Below are positions 55,936 through 64,000 of a stretch of 64,000 nucleotides of DNA, piece after piece (the first letter of the stretch is position 1; every line of letters begins with the position of its first letter). Below the pieces are notes generated by a model, which saw nothing but the letters and a program-made list of their open reading frames with translations, ran no database searches and was not told the origin of the DNA. The translations under genes were made by a program, and so were the position numbers. Source of the DNA: Myxococcota bacterium (GTDB taxonomy: Bacteria; Myxococcota_A; UBA796; GCA-2862545); contig JBCCQY010000022.1 in NCBI GenBank assembly GCA_039208735.1, positions 1 to 64,000 on the forward strand. The letters run 5' to 3'.

Positions 55936-56276
55936 GTTTTCCGCTTCGCCCACCGGACCCGGAGTGCAAGCACACCCTTGTCCTTTTCGGCGTTGGCGTC
56001 CCACTCGGAGGACTCGCGGATGGTGGACGCGGCCTTTGCGGCGTCATCCGCCTCGGGAACCACGTTCTGGAAGCCCTCCGCCTCGAGCAATGCATCGACG
56101 GACTCGTACTTACGTACGGTTCCAATCGAGATGCTGCCCAGGTCTTCGAACTCGATGCGGTCTCCCGAGGAGATCACCGAGAACTCCGGGCTCCACGGCA
56201 CGACGAACACCGTCTTGACGCCACCCTCCATGTGGGCGAACGCAAGTGGATGTGTCGTCGCCTCGAACGTTGCCAT
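55932..56276 (-). CDS. ASCH/PUA-like domain protein
   Basis: GVKT, GDRIEF, VRKYES..ALL..EG...VVP, GVLALRV; GGAGG RBS. Confidence 0.7.
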   Translation of the reverse strand: MATFEATTHPLAFAHMEGGVKTVFVVPWSPEFSVISSGDRIEFEDLGSISIGTVRKYESVDALLEAEGFQNVVPEADDAAKAASTIRESSEWDANAEKDKGVLALRVRWAKRKT

Positions 56277-56375
56277 GCCGAAACGCCTCCCTGTTCGGTC
56301 ATTCGGTCTTGCGTGCTGGAGGGGTGACCGTAACACGAGGCCCCGCCCTACACGGTCGTTGCTTGCGGGTCGCAC

Positions 56376-56774
<399 letters not shown>

Positions 56775-57032
56775 TCAAGTGCAAGGCACACGATCGCATC
56801 GGCGATCGCCCCAGGGGCCTAATCGCACGGATCGCCGAGGGGCGAGTCCCTCGGCTGGCGCGTTTGCCGAGGCGCTCCGCAAGGGCCCAACGAAGGCCAA
56901 AGCGGATCGGAAGCCGGCGCAATTCAACTTCGGATAACCAAGTCAGATCCAACTCTATACGGCATCATTTCTAAGCGGTTGCTCTTGGGGAGCGGCGAGC
57001 TTAGCCTCCAATCGCCTTTGGAGGTACTTGCG

Positions 57033-57596
57033 ATGCAGAAAATGACACTTGTGATGGGTCTGGTTGCGGCGTTGGCCACTGCTTGCGGTGAGCAGACGGC
57101 CACGACGCCCGAAGTCGATCCTGCGGCAGAAGCAGCGGCCGCCGAGGCCAAGGCGGCCGAGGAAGCGGCCGCGAAGGAAGCAGAGGCGGCTGCCGCCGCT
57201 GCGAAGGCCGCCGCAATGGGCATGTCAATCGCCGATCTCATGACGAACAAGGCCGACCAGCTAGGCAAGACGGTCACCGTCGCCGCGATGTACGCCTCGC
57301 ATGAGATGAAGGACGAGATGGCGCACGTGACGCTCACTGCGTCCGTCGATGAGGGCGCGGCCACGATTCTGTGCGCGATGGCCGATGGTGCAGGACTCGA
57401 AGAAATGGAGGCCAACGCCGACATGCGCGTGACTGGCACCCTCGCCGAAGATGAGGGCGTGGTGATGCTTAAGGACTGCGCCAAGGCCGCGCCGGTCGAG
57501 GCCGAGGGTGGCGAAGCCCCGGCGGATGCTGCGGAAGGCGAAGCTGTGGAAGGCGCGGAAGCGCCCGCGGCCGAAGGCGACGACGCGCACGAGTGA
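57033..57596 (+). CDS. Lipoprotein with Ala/Glu-rich linkers and a probable OB-fold
   Basis: Lipobox ATAC, GKTVTV...VTG...V.L.DC pattern; GGAGG RBS. Confidence 0.7.
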   Translation: MQKMTLVMGLVAALATACGEQTATTPEVDPAAEAAAAEAKAAEEAAAKEAEAAAAAAKAAAMGMSIADLMTNKADQLGKTVTVAAMYASHEMKDEMAHVTLTASVDEGAATILCAMADGAGLEEMEANADMRVTGTLAEDEGVVMLKDCAKAAPVEAEGGEAPADAAEGEAVEGAEAPAAEGDDAHE

Positions 57597-57662
57597 GATC
57601 GTACAGCGCCCTGGCGGGAAGGCCGGGGCGCCGTCGACTCGCTGAGGTGGGCTCCCTTGGCG

Positions 57663-58925
57663 CTAGGCGCGCTTGAAGACGAGCACCGCGTTGATGCCCC
57701 CAAACCCAAAGCCGTTCGACATCACGACCTTGAGCGGAGCCTCACGGGCGGTATTGGGCACGACATCCAAATCACACTCCGGATCGGGGGTGTGATGGTT
57801 CGCGGTTGGAGGCACCACGCCTCGATGCAGGGCGAGGCACGAGAACACGGCCTCTACGCCTCCAGCCGCCCCGAGCATGTGGCCCGTCACACCCTTCGTC
57901 GAACTGACCATGAGGGTGTCGGCATGATCGCCGAACACTCGGCGAATCGCCAACGTCTCATTGGCATCGTTCATCGGCGTCGAGGTGCCGTGCGCGTTCA
58001 AATAGTCGACGTCCTCGGCGTTAAGGCCCGCACTCGCCAGTGCGGCTCGCATGCACCGCTGGGCGCCTTCGTGTTCGGGTGCCGGGGCCGTGATGTGATG
58101 CGCGTCGGTGGTGACTGCGTAGCCTGCCACCTCGGCGTAGATGTGGGCGTCGCGTTTTTGGGCGTGTTCGAGCGACTCGAGCACCACCACGCCGGCTCCC
58201 TCGCCCATCACAAAGCCGTCCCGATCCTTGTCGAACGGGCGGCTTGCGGTCTTGGGATCGTCGTTGCGGCTCGACAGCGCCTTCATGTTCATGAAGCCCG
58301 TGATGCCGAGCGGCATGATTGCAGCTTCGGCGCCGCCTGCGACCACCACGTCAGCTTCGCCATGACGGATCGCGCGGTAGGCCTCGCCGATGCTGTGGTT
58401 ACCGACCGCACAGGCCGTCACCACGACAAGGCTTGGACCTTTCGCGCCGTACCGGATCGCGATCTGCCCCGTGGCCAGGTTGGCTAGGGCAACCGGAATG
58501 AAGAAGGGCGAAACGGCGCGGGGACCGCGTTCGTGAAGATCGATCGCCGCATCGACGATCTCGGGGAAGCCTCCGATCCCAGAGCCCACGAAGACGCCAA
58601 AGCGCTCGGCTTCGGGCCAGTGGCTTGGGGAACCTTCGAGCGCGCCATCAAGATCGAATCCGGCGTCGCGCATTGCCTCGTCGGCGGCCGCGATGCCGAA
58701 CTGCATGAACCGACCGGTCCGGCGGGCAAGCTTCTTCCCCAGAACATCGCTGGGGTCGAACCCATCCACCTCACCGGCGATGCGGGTGCTGTAGCCCGTC
58801 GCGTCGAACCGCGTGAGCGGGCCGATGCCGCTCCGTCCTGCGAGGACGGCCTCCATGGTGGTGGGCACGTCGAGACCTGCGGGGGTGATCGCCCCAAGCC
58901 CCGTGACGACGACACGACGGGACAT
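57663..58925 (-). CDS. fabF: 3-oxoacyl-ACP synthase II
   Basis: [46 protein letters not shown]. Confidence 0.95.
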   Translation of the reverse strand: MSRRVVVTGLGAITPAGLDVPTTMEAVLAGRSGIGPLTRFDATGYSTRIAGEVDGFDPSDVLGKKLARRTGRFMQFGIAAADEAMRDAGFDLDGALEGSPSHWPEAERFGVFVGSGIGGFPEIVDAAIDLHERGPRAVSPFFIPVALANLATGQIAIRYGAKGPSLVVVTACAVGNHSIGEAYRAIRHGEADVVVAGGAEAAIMPLGITGFMNMKALSSRNDDPKTASRPFDKDRDGFVMGEGAGVVVLESLEHAQKRDAHIYAEVAGYAVTTDAHHITAPAPEHEGAQRCMRAALASAGLNAEDVDYLNAHGTSTPMNDANETLAIRRVFGDHADTLMVSSTKGVTGHMLGAAGGVEAVFSCLALHRGVVPPTANHHTPDPECDLDVVPNTAREAPLKVVMSNGFGFGGINAVLVFKRA

Positions 58926-58931
58926 GGTTCG

Positions 58932-59171
58932 CTACCCGTTCTTGGTGATGTAGTTGATCGCGTCCTGAACGGTGCGAATCTTCTCCGCTTCGTCGTCCGG
59001 GATTTCGATGTCGAACTCCTTCTCGATCGTCATGACGAGCTCAACGATGTCCAGAGAATCAGCGTTGAGGTCATCAATGAAGGAAGCCGATGGTACAACC
59101 TCGGCTTTCTTCACACCGAGGCTCTCGGCGATGACGTCCTTGACCTTCTGGATTTGCTCCTCACTCGACAT
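58932..59171 (-). CDS. acpP: Acyl carrier protein
   Basis: [24 protein letters not shown]. Confidence 0.95.
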   Translation of the reverse strand: MSSEEQIQKVKDVIAESLGVKKAEVVPSASFIDDLNADSLDIVELVMTIEKEFDIEIPDDEAEKIRTVQDAINYITKNG

Positions 59172-59265
59172 CCTGGGCTCCTTTTGGGGCGGTTGCACCG
59201 CCCTCCCGGCCAATTTCGCCGGGTGGCGTGTTTAGCGTACAGACTCCGCCGCGCGGAATCCCTTG

Positions 59266-60219
59266 TCAAGTTCCCCGTCGACCGTCGACTGTGCGGCGAG
59301 CGAGATGAATGGCTTGTCGCACCGATTCGGGGTTTGCACGCCCGTGACCGACAACGACCGTACCTCGACAACCGAGCAGCACGCCTCCGCCTTGCGCTTC
59401 CCAGTCGACTTGGCGACGGAGCCGACGAGCGGCTGCTTTCAGCAAGAACGCACCAATGCGGGCGATCGGATCCCTTCGGATCTCATGCCGCAGAAGACGC
59501 CCAAGCAATTGAACTGTTCCTTCACCGGCTTTCAGCAGCACATTGCCGACAAAGCCATCGGTCACGAGTACGTCACAACGGCCTTCAAGGGCCGCGTGGG
59601 GTTCGACGAAGCCCACGTGGGGAATCCCCTGGGTATCGAGCAGCTCGACCGTTTCGCGAAGTTGCGCGTTCCCTTTGGTGGCTTCGGCGCCGTTGGCGAG
59701 CAGTCCCACTCGAGGATGGCGGACCCCGAGGGTGCGTGCGTACTGTGCGCCAAGGCGAGCAAACACCGCGAGGTGGGAGGCTCGCACGTCCACGTGGGCT
59801 CCCGTGTCGAGCAGGACCAATGGCAGGCCGTCAGCGCGGGGGAGCAACGTGGCGATCGGGGGTCGCCTCACCTCTTGTTGCAGACCCAGATCGAGCATCG
59901 CAGCCACGACAATCGCGCCCGTGTTGCCGCAAGACACAAAGGCGCTTGCGCGACCCTCGGCGACTTCGAGCAGTCCTCGTCGGATCGAGGTGTCGGGCGA
60001 TCGACGCACGGCTCCGACCGCCGCTTCGTCCATCCCAATTTGGTCGGGAGCATCGAGCACGGGAAGGTGAGTTCGCAGCTGCTTCGTCGGGCCTACGAGG
60101 CGCACGAGTGCACCATCGGCGGCGGCCGCTTCCGCGCCGTCGATCACGACGTCAGGGGCGTCGTCGCCGCCCATCGCGTCCACGGCGATGGGGAGCGGGC
60201 CCCCGGACGGGGTCCGCAA
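59266..60219 (-). CDS. plsX: Phosphate acyltransferase
   Basis: IAVDAMGGD, SCGNTGA, DGFVGNVLLK, GHGR. TTG start inferred just after rpmF. Confidence 0.88.
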   Translation of the reverse strand: MRTPSGGPLPIAVDAMGGDDAPDVVIDGAEAAAADGALVRLVGPTKQLRTHLPVLDAPDQIGMDEAAVGAVRRSPDTSIRRGLLEVAEGRASAFVSCGNTGAIVVAAMLDLGLQQEVRRPPIATLLPRADGLPLVLLDTGAHVDVRASHLAVFARLGAQYARTLGVRHPRVGLLANGAEATKGNAQLRETVELLDTQGIPHVGFVEPHAALEGRCDVLVTDGFVGNVLLKAGEGTVQLLGRLLRHEIRRDPIARIGAFLLKAAARRLRRQVDWEAQGGGVLLGCRGTVVVGHGRANPESVRQAIHLARRTVDGRRGT

Positions 60220-60227
60220 GGCCGGGA

Positions 60228-60416
60228 CTACTCTGCGGTGCTGGTCGGCAGCACGTTGTGGGTGCGGTAGGTGCCGCACGCGTCGCAGGCCCGGTGGCGC
60301 AGCTTCAGCTCGCCACAAGCCGGGCAGGACTCGACCGCCGCCGTCACCTTGAGCGCGTCGTGCGCTCGCCGCATGTCACGCCGCCGGCGCGACGTCCGCT
60401 TCTTAGGTACCGCCAT
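60228..60416 (-). CDS. rpmF: 50S ribosomal protein L32 (Zn-ribbon type)
   Basis: [19 protein letters not shown]. Confidence 0.96.
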   Translation of the reverse strand: MAVPKKRTSRRRRDMRRAHDALKVTAAVESCPACGELKLRHRACDACGTYRTHNVLPTSTAE

Positions 60417-60431
60417 GGTAGGAGAACTCCG

Positions 60432-60977
60432 TCAATTCGTTTTGTCTGACCCTGAAGGGTCGAAGTCAGCCAGCACGCCAAACGCGGGGTGCCCGACCCC
60501 GGCCGACTGGGCGGCCAGCAATGCTTGGGTGCGCTTATCGCATTCAACCGTGTCGGTGCACACGATTCGCGAGGGTTGCGCGAGCGTGAGCGCTTCGCGC
60601 AGGACGTCGGTAGCGACGATGTGTCCGTCTGTGTACCAGCCGACGTCGAGGTCATCGGCCTCAAGTTCGATCTCGCCGCCGTCGAACACGTCGCCCCCGG
60701 CTTCTTCGGGGGCGTAGAGCAGGCTCATCGTCTCTTCGAGGTGAAGCAAGCAGGGTTCCGAGCATCGGTCGCATTCTGCTGCCGAGTCAACCTTGAACGT
60801 CGTGTCGACGCGCACGAGTCCCTGTCGCTTGGACGCGATGGTGAGAAGCAGGTGGCCTTCGAGTGCATCGGGTCGTTGCTCGAGCGATTCGGAGGCTGCG
60901 TTTGCGGCCCAATCTTCGCGCAAGCTGAAGTCGACGCGTCTCCCCGCGGCGGGGATGCCCTCGACCGGGATCCTCAC
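60432..60977 (-). CDS. yceD: YceD/DUF177 family protein
   Basis: CDRC motif, acidic loop, position upstream of rpmF. Confidence 0.88.
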   Translation of the reverse strand: MRIPVEGIPAAGRRVDFSLREDWAANAASESLEQRPDALEGHLLLTIASKRQGLVRVDTTFKVDSAAECDRCSEPCLLHLEETMSLLYAPEEAGGDVFDGGEIELEADDLDVGWYTDGHIVATDVLREALTLAQPSRIVCTDTVECDKRTQALLAAQSAGVGHPAFGVLADFDPSGSDKTN

Positions 60978-61136
60978 AACGTCCTCCGTGGTCGCGCGGG
61001 GGCTTGGAGCGGCGAAAACACACGTTTCGCAAGTGGCCCGTGTCCAGCGCGAGCCTGCGTCCTATCGCCAGGCATCCCCGACGGCAAGTGCTCCGTTCGC
61101 GATTGACGAGGGCGGTGATTCCTATATGCTCCCCCC

Positions 61137-61604
61137 ATGACGGCACTTCTCCTGTTGGCGTTCTCTTGCACCACCAACTCGTCTGGTCGTTCCGCCACGA
61201 CCTACGTGGGGCAGTTGCAACCGCTGCTTCATGAGAACAGCTTGTTGGCTGAGCGGGTGTTGTTCCAGGCGGCAGACATCTACAACAACGCCGCCCGGCC
61301 TGACGACGTCGCCAACAAGTGGGAGACCGACATCACGCCGATCGCCGAGCACCTGCACTTCCAGGCCAAGCTCGTCGATGCTCCCGAAGAGTGGAGCGAC
61401 CAGCACTCGGGGCTCGTCGAGATTTGGGGAGACCGCGCCCGGGCGTATCGTGACATCAGCGAAGGCCTACGGCTTGCCGACCGCGAGCGTTGGGACCGAG
61501 GCCGTTCCTCGGCCGAAAAGGTCAAGCTCGAAGAAGAAGCCTGGTTTGGCGAGATCAACGAGAAGTTGGGCTCAATGAATGTCAACCTCGAGCCCTACCC
61601 GTAG
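61137..61604 (+). CDS. Hypothetical helical lipoprotein
   Basis: Lipobox-like AFSC, plausible protein composition, fills the gap before the tRNAs. Confidence 0.65.
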   Translation: MTALLLLAFSCTTNSSGRSATTYVGQLQPLLHENSLLAERVLFQAADIYNNAARPDDVANKWETDITPIAEHLHFQAKLVDAPEEWSDQHSGLVEIWGDRARAYRDISEGLRLADRERWDRGRSSAEKVKLEEEAWFGEINEKLGSMNVNLEPYP

Positions 61605-61632
61605 GGACCGGTTCTGGCTGCCGCATCGCAGC

Positions 61633-61660
61633 TTGACGCCGGCTGCGACAGGGTTACTAC
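61633..61660 (+). promoter_or_regulatory. Sigma70-type promoter of the tRNA pair
   Basis: TTGACG-16 nt-TACTAC, 15 nt upstream of tRNA-Gln. Confidence 0.6.
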
Positions 61661-61675
61661 CAAAGGCGTCGTTGC

Positions 61676-61748
61676 TGACCCGTGGTCGAATTGGCAAGAC
61701 GTCGGATTCTGGCTCCGAAGGCTCCAGGTTCGAGCCCTGGCGGGTCAA
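61676..61748 (+). tRNA. tRNA-Gln(CTG)
   Basis: Acceptor stem TGACCCG/CGGGTCA, anticodon arm TCGGA-TTCTGGC-TCCGA, T-arm CCAGG-TTCGAGC-CCTGG; CCA not encoded. Confidence 0.93.
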
Positions 61749-61755
61749 CTCGAAC

Positions 61756-61827
61756 GCTCCCATCGTCTAGCGGTTAGGACACCGCCCTCTCACGGCGGAG
61801 ACAGGGGTTCGATTCCCCTTGGGAGTA
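61756..61827 (+). tRNA. tRNA-Glu(CTC)
   Basis: Acceptor stem GCTCCCA/TGGGAGT, anticodon arm CCGCC-CTCTCAC-GGCGG, T-arm AGGGG-TTCGATT-CCCCT; CCA not encoded. Confidence 0.95.
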
Positions 61828-61839
61828 CTTCTTTTCGCT

Positions 61840-61867
61840 AAAAACCCACCCCTAAGGTGGTTTTTTT
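61840..61867 (+). terminator. Intrinsic terminator after the tRNAs
   Basis: AAAAAC-CCACC-CCTAA-GGTGG-TTTTTTT. Confidence 0.75.
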
Positions 61868-61961
61868 GCGTTCTGCCCACAATGACTTGTCCACACCGCA
61901 GATGTGCGTGGCAAGTTCGACGTGGGAAGCGTGCGGGTCCCCGCCGGTTCGCCGGTGCCTC

Positions 61962-63119
61962 TCAGCTCCGCAGGACCGCGTCGACCGCCTCGAGCGCCGA
62001 CGCGACGGCCGTGTGCACCGCGCCCCAGTCGTCGAACGACGTGTAGGCGTCACCCGCGAAGAACACCCGTCCGCCCAGCGGCTTGGCGAGCGCACGAGAA
62101 ATCGCGGGAGGAGCCCCATCGGCCAGATAGGCCGCCCCCACGAAGGGTTGCTGCGACCAGTCCCACACGAGGTGCCGAAGGTACGTGCGCGAGGCGATGC
62201 CGCCGAAGATCGTGTCGAGTTCCTTCAGGATGCTGCCCACGAGTGCGTCCTCGCCAAGTGCCGAGGCCCGTTCGGCCGGCGCGCCGACGGTGAACATCCC
62301 CAGTACGAAGTCCTGGGTGTCGTGTCCGTACGACGCGTCGTAGTATAGGCGTTGCCCCGTGCTCTGAAAGCTGTCGGGAAACTCCAAGAACGTCGGAAAG
62401 AAGGGCTCGCGGAACGCCACGAAGGCCTTGAGTCCCGCCCAGACGGGAGCGGAGGCGATGCGCTCGCGGCGAGCCGTGGGGAGCGCAGGGACGAACGCGA
62501 TGTCTCCTCGCTGCAGCACCGACAACGGCACCGTCACGACCACCCGGTCCGCCTCCCACACCTCGCCGCGCGTCCCGGTCACCCGGACCACGTCACCGCT
62601 CCAGTCAATTGCGGCGACCGGGCTGTCGAGGGTCGTCCTGGGGAGCACCTCGGGGACGACGTACCGCTCGAACACGTCGAACCAGCTCGCGTTCACGAAG
62701 CGCAGATCGTCGAACCGTCCGAGTTTCCCGACGTTGAGTTCGCCGTCGAAGAAGCCGTAGGGGTCATCGCGAGCGTAGCCGCGAAGCGCGATGTCGGTCC
62801 GGGCTGAGCGATCGGGGACGACGTCGTCGAGAACGCTCCGGCTGGCCGACAACCACTCCGCACCGAGCGAGATGGGGAAGTCGGCGAAGGTGCAGTCCAC
62901 GGCCATCCGCCCCCCGACCGCGGAACTCGCCTCGACCACTCGAACCTCGACGCCCTGCTCCACGAGCCGCCGCGCCATGGTGAGTCCGGCCGCCCCCGCA
63001 CCGACCACGAGTACGCGCCCATCGAACGACCGCCGCGGTGTGCATCCGAGGAGTCCACCCGCCAGGGCGAGCTTCAAGCTCTCTCGACGGCTCATGTTCC
63101 CGGTTCGCTGTCCCGTCAT
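61962..63119 (-). CDS. Flavin monoamine oxidase family protein, Tat-exported (lipo)protein
   Basis: SRRESLK twin-Arg, LLGC, VGAGAAG, GGR, LGAEW, FFAGD. Confidence 0.85.
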   Translation of the reverse strand: MTGQRTGNMSRRESLKLALAGGLLGCTPRRSFDGRVLVVGAGAAGLTMARRLVEQGVEVRVVEASSAVGGRMAVDCTFADFPISLGAEWLSASRSVLDDVVPDRSARTDIALRGYARDDPYGFFDGELNVGKLGRFDDLRFVNASWFDVFERYVVPEVLPRTTLDSPVAAIDWSGDVVRVTGTRGEVWEADRVVVTVPLSVLQRGDIAFVPALPTARRERIASAPVWAGLKAFVAFREPFFPTFLEFPDSFQSTGQRLYYDASYGHDTQDFVLGMFTVGAPAERASALGEDALVGSILKELDTIFGGIASRTYLRHLVWDWSQQPFVGAAYLADGAPPAISRALAKPLGGRVFFAGDAYTSFDDWGAVHTAVASALEAVDAVLRS

Positions 63120-63304
63120 CTTGCTCCTGGGTCCGTGCTGGTCCTCTTACACCCGCACCTTCGATGACAGAAATACGAACGCGACCGGTGCCTCGGCGTC
63201 GGCAATCGATGAAACGCTGGATTCCCTCGGTGAGCTGCACGGGACGGTCGGTGGCCCACGGATAGCCGATCCCGGGTGGTTCGCCGCCCCTGGAGGAAAT
63301 CCGC

Positions 63305-64000
63305 ATGCCATTGTTGCTCCGCTTCGTCGCCCTGGGGGCGTTCGTGTCGCTATCGGGCTGCTCCCGAGGCGACCGGTCTTCCGAGACCGCCGACACCACC
63401 GAGACCGGCCACACCACGGCCTCCTGCTCGAGCTTCACCGAGACCGAGTCGGCGGGGTTCGTGGTCACGTCACTCGGCGCGGTGCGGGGACAGCGACAGG
63501 ACAACGGGGCTTGGTCGTTCCGCGGGATTCCCTTCGCCGAGCCGCCGACCGGTTCGCGGCGCTGGACCGCCCCCGAGCCCCTGACCTGCTTCCCCGACCA
63601 GCCTCTCGACGCCGACGCGCTCGGCGCCAAGTGCGCCCAGCGAAACCTCTTCGGACAAGAGGAAGGCAGCGAGGACTGTCTCACCCTCAACGTGTGGGCA
63701 CCCGAGAGTTACCGACGCGGCGACGCCCGACCCACCCTGGTCTACATCCACGGCGGAGCCAACACCTCGGGTTCGGCTGGAGATCGGCTCGACGCATCGG
63801 GCGCGCTGCTGTTCGACGGTCGCCATCTCGCAGCCGACCATGGCGCGGTGGTCGTGACCATCCAGTACCGGCTCGGACCGTTCGGGTTCCTCGCCCTTCC
63901 CGAGCTGTCCGAAGAGAATGGAGTGGCGGGGAACTACGCTCTGCTCGACCAGATCGCAGCCCTGCAGTGGGTCCGGGACCACATCGACGGGTTCGGAGGT
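63305..64000 (+). CDS. Type B carboxylesterase lipoprotein (truncated by window end)
   Basis: Absent from the ORF track. Read by hand: MPLLLRF...LSGC, FRGIPFAEPP, SEDCLTLNVW, YIHGG, QYRLGPFGF, GNYALLDQIAALQWV. Confidence 0.9.
   Translation, partial: MPLLLRFVALGAFVSLSGCSRGDRSSETADTTETGHTTASCSSFTETESAGFVVTSLGAVRGQRQDNGAWSFRGIPFAEPPTGSRRWTAPEPLTCFPDQPLDADALGAKCAQRNLFGQEEGSEDCLTLNVWAPESYRRGDARPTLVYIHGGANTSGSAGDRLDASGALLFDGRHLAADHGAVVVTIQYRLGPFGFLALPELSEENGVAGNYALLDQIAALQWVRDHIDGFGG

Noticed and set aside
56780..56900. Structured ncRNA in the hinT/lipoprotein intergenic region
   Set aside because: One GC hairpin (GCCGAGGG/CCCTCGGC) and GATCGC repeats, but no recognisable family; expected at this GC content.
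59234..59269. acpP promoter TTGACA...TACGCT (minus strand)
   Set aside because: The 24-nt spacer is too long; the 17-nt alternative -10 (GAGTCT) is weak.
61756..64000. Island integrated at the tRNA genes
   Set aside because: No integrase, no duplicated tRNA 3' end seen, and no obvious compositional shift.

Overview
High-GC bacterial chromosomal window. The gene repertoire (FAAL/PKS, PilZ, PEGA, CHAT-TPR, TIR-STAND-WD40, many Asp/Ala-rich lipoproteins) suggests Myxococcota; this is inference. It holds about 54 credible CDSs and two tRNAs; I found no mobile element or CRISPR array. The first ~13.6 kb looks like a self-contained sphingolipid-type lipid cluster: a desaturase, a Cfa-type methyltransferase, a PfaA/PKSE-like KS-AT-ACP-KR-DH enzyme fused to a PLP-dependent alpha-oxoamine synthase (SPT-like), a free ACP, a FAAL, a KDSR/Tsc10-like reductase, an FA2H/Scs7-like hydroxylase and a thioesterase, with a shared candidate operator motif. 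The second candidate system is an arginine operon (argR-X-argC-argF'-argB). Its transcarbamylase has the succinyl-type Ala92 signature, and its uncharacterised DUF1611-like gene X sits where the missing argA/argJ function is expected. Also present: a two-domain eukaryote-type PFK, a zincless Fpg, a BioD-BioA fusion, a partner-switching module, an HTH-citrate synthase/citrate synthase pair, a yceD-rpmF-plsX-acpP-fabF cluster and tRNA-Gln/tRNA-Glu. All family calls come from motif recognition by eye, not database searches. Many starts were moved from the supplied ORF track using RBS and domain boundaries.
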